A stretch of DNA of 64,000 nt, taken from Sphingobacterium sp. GTDB taxonomy: Bacteria > Bacteroidota > Bacteroidia > Sphingobacteriales > Sphingobacteriaceae. Location of the stretch: the NCBI GenBank assembly GCA_052092145.1, contig JBQDCW010000001.1, forward strand, positions 181,360 through 245,359, written 5' to 3'. Of the stretch, positions 57,352 through 64,000 are shown in pieces (position 1 is the stretch's first letter; each line of letters opens with the position of its first letter). A program made the translations under genes and the position numbers. The notes beneath the pieces were generated by a model. The model was not told where the DNA came from, made no database searches, and was given only the letters and a program-made list of their open reading frames with translations.

Positions 57352-57521
57352 CCTTCGTCAGGTTTTTAAGTTAGAAAAATTTCCCACTACCGGATTGCTA
57401 TCGGAATTTCGATGATGAAACCCGTCGCGGTGAGTTTCTCAGCTATCCTTCCGAAAGAAGGAAAAAATGGCGTTAGATTTCGGGCAGAATATACTAGATT
57501 TGATCGTCCATTGACAGCCAA

Positions 57522-58802
57522 ATGAAACAGCATTACACTAAAATAACGAACGCCAGCATTGAATCGGCTGGATTGGTAAAAGATCCGTACCAAGCCATTG
57601 CCGAGTATTTTTGGAATGGTTTTGACGCTAAAGCCAGCAGACTCACATTACGTTATGATCATAACGAACTCGGCTATATTTCCAAAATTGAGATAAGCGA
57701 TAATGGTGAGGGTATTCCGTTTTCAAGTCTGGATGATTCCTTTGGGAATTTTCTGGATTCAATGAAACGGAACGTTCCTAAGCGAACGTCTTACACCCGG
57801 GGACGGAAGGGAAAAGGAAGATTCTCATTTTCGCTATTAGCAACGCATGCCAGTTGGACGACCCGGTTTTTGGATGATGATGCCCAGATTAAGCAATTTG
57901 GAATCAAGATAGACCGGCAGTCTAAGGACGCATTTGAATCCAGTCAGCCGGTTAAGACTGATCAACCTACAGGCACCACTGTCCTGTTGGAGGGGATTTT
58001 TGGACTCTCAAGCGCGGAACTCGAGTCCCAAGAGTTTCTTACTTTTTTAGCACGTGAATTTGGTTGGTACCTATTTCTTAATCAACAGCAAAACTTCCAA
58101 ATCTATATCAATGATAGTCCACTGGATTACCAACAGATTATCGATGAAACGGATCAAGTTAAATGGACAATTGCTGCCTCGGATGATCAACAGTACGTTT
58201 TTCAGATAAATTATCTTCGATGGAAAATGAATATCGGCGACCGCTACTATTATTATTTTTTGAACCGAGAGAAAAATGAAGTCGCCAAAGTGTTGAGCAG
58301 CTTTAATAATAATGCCATCGCGTTCCATCATAGTGTCTATGTCCAATCCGACTTTTTTGACGATTTTTTTGCGACCGATATGTCTTTATCTCAAGAGGAT
58401 AATTTATTCAGCGAACGTGGTCAGCAACAAGTCTATAGAAAATTGCACGCCGAGCTCCGGGATTTTTTATTCCGCAAGCAAAAAAAATATATACTTGAAA
58501 AAGCCGTTGACGATAAATTACAACACCTGTTGGACAGGGGGTTGCTTCCAGTATATGAAAACTCTCCGGTAGACCAACTACGCGAAAAAACATTAGTACA
58601 AATTATCAAGGTGTTATATGCGGCAGATCCACGAACCTTTGTGGGGGTGAAAGAAGATCTGATTCGTTCATATCTCGGTTTTCTGGATCTATTACTCCAG
58701 ACGAATCGGCGAGAGGAAATCCTGCCTATCGTCGAGCGGTCGATTGATCTTACCGATAAGGAGCGGAATCGAATGATCACGCTACTATCTTCATCTGCTT
58801 AA
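57522..58802 (+). CDS. Orphan GHKL (Bergerat-fold) ATPase, MORC/HATPase_c_3-like, with an uncharacterised C-terminal region of about 250 aa
   Basis: 426-aa ORF. N-box AIAEYFWNGFDA (E-x-x-x-N-x-x-D), G1 box ISDNGEGIPF, G2 box RGRKGKGRFSF, then GTTVLLEG. No HisKA or receiver domain. Confidence 0.7.
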   Translation: MKQHYTKITNASIESAGLVKDPYQAIAEYFWNGFDAKASRLTLRYDHNELGYISKIEISDNGEGIPFSSLDDSFGNFLDSMKRNVPKRTSYTRGRKGKGRFSFSLLATHASWTTRFLDDDAQIKQFGIKIDRQSKDAFESSQPVKTDQPTGTTVLLEGIFGLSSAELESQEFLTFLAREFGWYLFLNQQQNFQIYINDSPLDYQQIIDETDQVKWTIAASDDQQYVFQINYLRWKMNIGDRYYYYFLNREKNEVAKVLSSFNNNAIAFHHSVYVQSDFFDDFFATDMSLSQEDNLFSERGQQQVYRKLHAELRDFLFRKQKKYILEKAVDDKLQHLLDRGLLPVYENSPVDQLREKTLVQIIKVLYAADPRTFVGVKEDLIRSYLGFLDLLLQTNRREEILPIVERSIDLTDKERNRMITLLSSSA

Positions 58803-58822
58803 CGTTTACGGATTCGTAAATA

Positions 58823-58853
58823 TTGCCGTACCATCCTCATGATGATACGGCAA
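58823..58853. terminator. Hairpin between convergent genes
   Basis: Perfect 8-bp stem TTGCCGTA / TACGGCAA with a 15-nt loop, and GTTTCATTATTT downstream on the plus strand. Confidence 0.5.
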
Positions 58854-58865
58854 GTTTCATTATTT

Positions 58866-59744
58866 CTAGGGTAATATTAGTTCAACGTAAACGGGATAAT
58901 GGTCTGAGATAATATGCGTTTTTTCATTTTTGATGATTTCGCTTTTACTGACCATTTCGGCGGCTGTATCGTTGCACCAAAGAAAATCAATGCGCTTACC
59001 GATACCAGCATTGGAGTTTTTTATCTTCGCATTGCCGCTTTTGTAGCTCGGTACACTGGATTCGAAGTTGTTGTTTTGTAAACGATAAGAATCTTTGAAC
59101 CCGGCATCACGTAGTTTGTTTAGAACGGAGTAATCGATCTGATCGTTGTTCAAATTTCGAATGTGCTCGTGTTTCTTTTCTTGTGCGCGCATCGTTGTCA
59201 ACAATTCTTCGCCGTAATGCGCCTGGTCAGAAACAGCTAAGGAGTTGAAATCCCCCATAATCAATATCGGTTCGTCATCTGAAATTTCACCGGTCTGCGC
59301 AATGATGTTGTCGATCTCCTCTAAACGTTTTTGATAGCTAAACGGGGAGAAATGAATGACAAAGATATGGATACCCCGTACCTTGGCGTAAAGGTAGCTA
59401 TGCCACATATTCTCGGTGACTTTCTCAAAATTAACGGGTGGAGTTTTTGACGTCAGTGCGGCTGGAAATCCAGTCTCTTTGGATTGTAATGCATAAGGAT
59501 GATTGTACCGTTCCGCTAATTCCTCTAAACTTTTCTGGGTCCAACCATTCATTTCTTGGGTAGCGACAATATCAGGATCGAGCGCTTTGACCAACTCAAT
59601 GTATCGTTCTATATTAGCAGTAGAGTCCTTTTGCAGACCATAAAGGACATTGTACGATAAAATTTTAAATGTTTCCTGAGCTGAACTTATTGTTGAAATA
59701 CACGTCAACAATAGGTAGATAACAACTAATTTATAAATTTTCAT
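58866..59744 (-). CDS. Secreted endonuclease/exonuclease/phosphatase (EEP) family protein
   Basis: 292-aa ORF with a signal peptide. EEP motifs present: ILSYNVLYG, VATQEMNGW, IMGDFNS and the C-terminal SDHYPVYVEL. Confidence 0.85.
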   Translation of the reverse strand: MKIYKLVVIYLLLTCISTISSAQETFKILSYNVLYGLQKDSTANIERYIELVKALDPDIVATQEMNGWTQKSLEELAERYNHPYALQSKETGFPAALTSKTPPVNFEKVTENMWHSYLYAKVRGIHIFVIHFSPFSYQKRLEEIDNIIAQTGEISDDEPILIMGDFNSLAVSDQAHYGEELLTTMRAQEKKHEHIRNLNNDQIDYSVLNKLRDAGFKDSYRLQNNNFESSVPSYKSGNAKIKNSNAGIGKRIDFLWCNDTAAEMVSKSEIIKNEKTHIISDHYPVYVELILP

Positions 59745-59758
59745 GTTTTTCTATTTTT

Positions 59759-61510
59759 TTAAGTGCCAGATTGGGCCCATCCGGGATTCTGTTTCAAGTT
59801 GGTATTCAATTGTAGTTCTTGAGTAGGTATAGGGTAAAGATAATCCTTTTGCTCATTCCATTGTTTGACAATATCGGGTAGGTTGACAATCCGTCCCCCT
59901 TGATTACCATTTTCCAGAACCAGCTCCCCTAGCCTTTGGTATTGCACGCCTGGTTTCTGGCTTGGCGCGGATCCTTCATAGATGACCAGATCAATCGTTC
60001 CGTTCTTATCCAAATCATACTCACCAGCACCTGGGAAATACATGCCGTAGAATGGTTTAGCTAGCCTATTCCCCTCTTTCCAACGTAATAGATCGCGATA
60101 CCGATGGCCTTCTTTGACCAGTTCCACGCGTCTTTCCCGACGAATTTCCAGAATTACACCCGTTTGCGCGCCCTGATTGACGTTCGGATATTCAGCTAGA
60201 AGGTACGGATCTGGCGAAGCGTTAGCCTGCTCCAGATTCAAGTTCGGCATAGCCACCCGGTCTCTTAATAATTTGATGCTACGATCTAAGTCCCCTTGGG
60301 ATAGTTGCCCCAATTCTGCTTTAGCTTCTGCATAATTAAGTAAAACTTCTGCGTATCGCATGATCGGCATATCATTACTAGATTGGCCCGCATCGAAGCT
60401 CGGGGCCAGGACATATTTGACATACTGATAGCCTGTCACTGAGGTGGCAAAATCAGGAACCGAAACACGATTTTCGCCAATGCGTTTATAACCGGGAGTA
60501 CGAATCGTTTGCGCAAGCCGTGGATCCCTGTTTTGTGTTTCTTCGAAGAATTCCATGGTCTGGTAGTTTGGTCGATCTGTAAAACGGCTGCCGTCTCTCA
60601 TTAGATAACTATTAACAAGCGATTTCTGCATTCCGGGACGTCCAAATGAGGCCGAAAGAATATAGAAGTTGGCCGAATGGACAAAAGGTACGGCTGCATC
60701 GTATTGTCTGGCTAGAATCATTTCCGAAGGATTGGCGTCCTCGGCGATAAACAGTTCGTGATAAGCTTGGTCAGGGCTGCTGGTGTGAATCGTGTAAACA
60801 CCGGAGTTGATCAATTCTTCAGCTGCTGCTGCTCCGGTCGCTAGAACCTCCTCCCAATCCCCTAAACCGTGGTATTTACGGAACGTACCCTCAAACAAGC
60901 ACATCCTGGATTTATACGCTAAAGCAGTCCATTTAGTAATTAGTTGGGTGCTTTTTTCAGTCTGGCAGTTTTCAATTGCGTAATCTAAATCCTCAAGAAT
61001 CTTGGCGAATATTATTTTTCGTGATTCACGCTCTTTAAACAGTCCTTCATCATCTAACTGCAATACGGTGTCATACCAGGGAACGTCCCCAAATCGGACG
61101 ATCTTTTCGAAATAGAAATAGGCACGAAAAAAGCGAGCGACACCATCATATTGTAAACGTGCGGCTTCGTCTTCGCATTTGTGTGAGTTCTCGAGATAAA
61201 AATTAATCTGTCTCAGTTCATCCCAATTCCATCCACCACCACTAGATGGTGTTGTCCGAGTCCCTTGTATTTCTCCGGCGAGTGTATTTCTTGCCTCATC
61301 ATCCCCTTGGTTAGGGGTGTTGTAGTGGATAGCCAATGCACTGGGAAGAACCGAATAAAAGGCATTGGTATAATTCTGCAATTCTGCGGCCGTTTTAAAA
61401 TAGGTTTCTGGCGCGAGTTCTGACAACGGATATCTTTCCAGATAATCATCATTACAGGCTGTCAACAACAAGAACGCCGATAGATAAGGTATAAATATTT
61501 TTGTTTTCAT
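59759..61510 (-). CDS. susD: RagB/SusD-family outer-membrane lipoprotein
   Basis: 583-aa ORF with lipobox LLTAC and the SusD-like motif MRYAEVLLNYAEAKAELG. It lies 17 nt downstream of the SusC-like gene. Confidence 0.9.
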   Translation of the reverse strand: MKTKIFIPYLSAFLLLTACNDDYLERYPLSELAPETYFKTAAELQNYTNAFYSVLPSALAIHYNTPNQGDDEARNTLAGEIQGTRTTPSSGGGWNWDELRQINFYLENSHKCEDEAARLQYDGVARFFRAYFYFEKIVRFGDVPWYDTVLQLDDEGLFKERESRKIIFAKILEDLDYAIENCQTEKSTQLITKWTALAYKSRMCLFEGTFRKYHGLGDWEEVLATGAAAAEELINSGVYTIHTSSPDQAYHELFIAEDANPSEMILARQYDAAVPFVHSANFYILSASFGRPGMQKSLVNSYLMRDGSRFTDRPNYQTMEFFEETQNRDPRLAQTIRTPGYKRIGENRVSVPDFATSVTGYQYVKYVLAPSFDAGQSSNDMPIMRYAEVLLNYAEAKAELGQLSQGDLDRSIKLLRDRVAMPNLNLEQANASPDPYLLAEYPNVNQGAQTGVILEIRRERRVELVKEGHRYRDLLRWKEGNRLAKPFYGMYFPGAGEYDLDKNGTIDLVIYEGSAPSQKPGVQYQRLGELVLENGNQGGRIVNLPDIVKQWNEQKDYLYPIPTQELQLNTNLKQNPGWAQSGT

Positions 61511-61527
61511 GATGTTCTATTAAATCC

Positions 61528-64000
61528 TTAAAATGAAAGTTGCGCACCAAATGATATGACTTTACCGACCGGGTAACTTCTCCCGGTATTGTCCGTCATA
61601 ACCTGTTCGGGATCGATATAATCTGATTTTAGTTTAGTCCAGGTCACCAGGTTTTCACCCGTCATAAACAGCCGCAATTTATTGACATGTATTTTATTGG
61701 TCCAGAGTGTAGGGAAAGTATAACCCACTGTTAGATTTCTAACTTTCAGGAAGGCGAGATCCTGAAGGTACATATCATTGTTAACCGATAATTCCGAATT
61801 CTGAGCGGTATATCCTCTTAGGAATGGGAAATAGGAATTTGGATTTTCTTCAGACCAGATCTTATCGGGGAAATCACTGGGAATAAAAGAGTCGTAGGGA
61901 CGCGCATAGACCGACCAGAAGGCCTGGGCCTCTAAGTTCGGATACCAATGCCGTCTACCGATACCTTGAAAGAAGACCGAAGCGTCAATCCCGTTCCAGC
62001 TTCCACTCAAGGTTAGGCCATAGGAGTAACGAGGCTGGCTGTTGCCAATGATTTCTCGGTCACCTGGATCCGCCAATGTATTGGACCCGGTGTTAATGAT
62101 TCCGTCTCCGTTGAGATCCAATATTCGGATATCCCCAGCTTGTAAACGACGGAGATCTTCGGTTGGCGCTTGTACGCGTCTGCGATTCACGAGATCTTGG
62201 TCCACCGATTGGGCATAGGCTTGGGCCTCTTCAGTGCTTTTAAAAAATCCATCGTATCGATAACCCCATATTTCGCCAAGCTGTTGCCCAACATAATAGG
62301 TGTTCAATAAGCCAGCGGGATTACTGAATTTCGTAATTTCGGAGGTGTAATCCGATAGCACACCACGGACGGAGTAATTGAACGGTTTATCCATTAAATT
62401 AAATTGGTCCCGCCAGGTCAGACTCAAATCGAACCCCTTGGTGCGGAGGTCAGCGGCGTTGACTCGAGGCTCGGTCGCTCCGAATACATCTGGGAGTGTC
62501 TCTCCGATACTCAGCATGCCGATTGTATTCCTGATATAATAATCTGATTCGATATTTAGACGATTATTTAAAAGGGCGAAATCGAGTCCGAAGTTACTGG
62601 TTGTGATTTTCTCCCAAGTCAAAGATCTAGCCACTGGTGCAGGGTCATATGTAGCATTGAGACGCTGACCATCCACCAAATAGTCGATTTGCCCGGTACC
62701 CATTGAAGAGATATAAGCATACGTGCCCACTTCTTGATTGCCCAGTGAGCCATAAGAATAGCGAAGTTTCAGGTTATTCACCGCCTGTTTAATGGGTTCG
62801 AAAAAGGATTCTTCGCTGATTCGCCATCCAGCCGACAGCGATGGGAAGAATCCAAATCGACTAGACTTCGGGAAACGTGAGGTACCGTCAAACCGTCCGC
62901 TAGTTTCCAATAAGTATTTTCCCTTATAGTCATAATTTAAACGGTAAAACCCGCCGCGAACGGCCCATTCATCAGCTCCTCCAAGATATTGTTTTTCACC
63001 GATTACCAATGCCAGATCGTTTAACGATTCCGAAAGCAAGTCTTGACCGATACCGCCTACCCGCTTATATTGCCGATCCTCTTGATTGAAACCCGCCATG
63101 GCCGTCAGGTTGTGTTCGCCGAAACTTTTTTGGTAGTTTGCAAAAACATTGATAAAATGCCATGAATATTTGCTCATCGATTCATTTAATCTATCCTGGT
63201 TGAGTGCGCCTAAAGATGATAGCTCCATGACTCCAGGGTACTTCGAATAATACTGTTTGGTCTGTCGATAGCTGTGCTCTGATCTGAATTCACGGTAAGA
63301 ATAATTACCGGTAAGGGTAAGTCCATGCCCAAAATTAACCACTGCTTCGGTTTTGTTCGTAAATTCGGTTCCTCGATTGTATCCTTTCATTGTTCCGCTT
63401 TCCAAGGCATTATGCATACCATAACCTATCGGGTAGCTGTTGATCCCCGAATACCCGGTAAGGGTGCCGTCGGGATTACGCGGCACATACATGGCGTGAT
63501 AATGATAAGTTGGGCTATTGCTTACATTGTTTGCGACCTGATTAAAGTTGTTTGACAAACCGTGCCAGTCATAAGAAGACTTAAAGTAATGTGTCCCATT
63601 ACTAACGGTCAACCAGGGACGTATTTCCGAAACTAAATTTGCGCGGAGATTGTATCGTTTATATTGATCAGGGTTGATGTTAAAGATCCCTTGTTCGTCA
63701 GATAACGCACCCGAAAGGGCGTAATTCGTATTGCCAGACTTTCCCGTTAAAGACAGGTTATGATCGCTTTTAGGGCGCTTGTCGTCATACAAGTAATTGA
63801 ACCAATCGAAATTTGCGTAATACCGATAAATATCGTTTCCACTAGCATCCTGTTTGGTCACGACCCAGGGCCGATCCGGATGTTCAGTCTTGTCATCGAC
63901 ACGGGCCCATAACTCTTCGTAATCTTCGTCGCTATATCGCGTCGCGCGATAGCCTAGGGCATTGTACATCGCATCGTCATTGATTTTTGCATTCCAATAT
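61528..64000 (-). CDS. susC: SusC/RagA-family TonB-dependent transporter, C-terminal about 820 aa (N-terminus beyond right edge)
   Basis: The reading frame stays open from 61528 to the window end; codons upstream of the track Met read ...YWNAKINDDAMYN. It has SusC-type barrel repeats and a C-terminus ...ISFGAQLSF. Confidence 0.9.
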   Translation of the reverse strand, partial: YWNAKINDDAMYNALGYRATRYSDEDYEELWARVDDKTEHPDRPWVVTKQDASGNDIYRYYANFDWFNYLYDDKRPKSDHNLSLTGKSGNTNYALSGALSDEQGIFNINPDQYKRYNLRANLVSEIRPWLTVSNGTHYFKSSYDWHGLSNNFNQVANNVSNSPTYHYHAMYVPRNPDGTLTGYSGINSYPIGYGMHNALESGTMKGYNRGTEFTNKTEAVVNFGHGLTLTGNYSYREFRSEHSYRQTKQYYSKYPGVMELSSLGALNQDRLNESMSKYSWHFINVFANYQKSFGEHNLTAMAGFNQEDRQYKRVGGIGQDLLSESLNDLALVIGEKQYLGGADEWAVRGGFYRLNYDYKGKYLLETSGRFDGTSRFPKSSRFGFFPSLSAGWRISEESFFEPIKQAVNNLKLRYSYGSLGNQEVGTYAYISSMGTGQIDYLVDGQRLNATYDPAPVARSLTWEKITTSNFGLDFALLNNRLNIESDYYIRNTIGMLSIGETLPDVFGATEPRVNAADLRTKGFDLSLTWRDQFNLMDKPFNYSVRGVLSDYTSEITKFSNPAGLLNTYYVGQQLGEIWGYRYDGFFKSTEEAQAYAQSVDQDLVNRRRVQAPTEDLRRLQAGDIRILDLNGDGIINTGSNTLADPGDREIIGNSQPRYSYGLTLSGSWNGIDASVFFQGIGRRHWYPNLEAQAFWSVYARPYDSFIPSDFPDKIWSEENPNSYFPFLRGYTAQNSELSVNNDMYLQDLAFLKVRNLTVGYTFPTLWTNKIHVNKLRLFMTGENLVTWTKLKSDYIDPEQVMTDNTGRSYPVGKVISFGAQLSF

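Noticed and set aside
57412-57525. 37-codon upstream ORF (MMKPVAVSFSAILPKEGKNGVRFRAEYTRFDRPLTAK) whose TGA overlaps the GHKL ATPase ATG (ATGA)
   Set aside because: An open stretch of this length in the adjacent frame has roughly a 10-20 percent chance occurrence. The peptide has no signal, TM or motif features. It would be worth a look only if conserved upstream of homologs.
62421-62450. tRNA T-loop-like string (complement GGGGTTCGATTTGAG)
   Set aside because: It lies inside the SusC-like coding frame. No acceptor, D-arm or anticodon-arm pairing can be drawn around it.
1-64000. Search for CRISPR arrays, transposases/integrases, prophage genes, toxin-antitoxin pairs and canonical defence systems
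   Set aside because: No regularly spaced direct repeats were seen. No ORF shows DDE, tyrosine or serine recombinase motifs, or phage structural motifs. By eye there is no obvious compositional island. This conclusion rests on visual inspection only.

Overview
The window looks like a 64-kb stretch of Bacteroidota chromosome, probably Sphingobacteriia or Cytophagia-like. The evidence is two SusC/SusD pairs, a hybrid two-component regulator with an AraC output, an ECF sigma/FecR module, type III glutamine synthetase, and many lipoprotein or OM beta-barrel genes. It is gene-dense, with about 46 supported CDS and two partial genes at the edges. I found no rRNA, tRNA, CRISPR array, transposase, integrase or recognisable phage/defence cassette.

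Main blocks:
- 1-8.4 kb: a redox/metal-flavoured neighbourhood. It holds a Fur-like fragment, a TrxR-like flavoprotein with a CPYC motif, a small ferredoxin-fold protein, a His-rich SAM methyltransferase, a ZIP transporter and a DUF3299-like protein. An ECF sigma/FecR/STN-protein operon sits inside it.
- 15.4-30.4 kb: a polysaccharide utilisation locus with an HTCS regulator, SusC, SusD, GH43, an iduronate-2-sulfatase-like sulfatase and a GH127-like enzyme.
- 31-50 kb: housekeeping and envelope genes.
- 50.9-56.3 kb: a LytS/LytTR two-component system followed by a NEW3-repeat surface protein and an ABC-2 exporter.
- 56.7-58.8 kb: an O-methyltransferase and an orphan GHKL (Bergerat-fold) ATPase.
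- 58.9-64 kb: a second SusC/SusD locus whose only enzyme is an EEP-family nuclease/phosphatase.

Strongest candidates for undescribed biology:
- The sigma/anti-sigma operon's outer-membrane partner has the STN signalling domain but lacks a TonB-dependent transporter body. It has G-x-Q-x-A-G-x-x-N repeats instead.
- The orphan MORC-like GHKL ATPase.
- The TCS + NEW3 + ABC-2 module.
- A pair of small paralogous ferredoxin-fold proteins.
- A lipoprotein signal peptide encoded out of frame, directly upstream of the His-rich methyltransferase.
- A 710-bp non-coding gap containing an orphan intrinsic terminator.

All family assignments come from motif recognition by eye. No database search was run.
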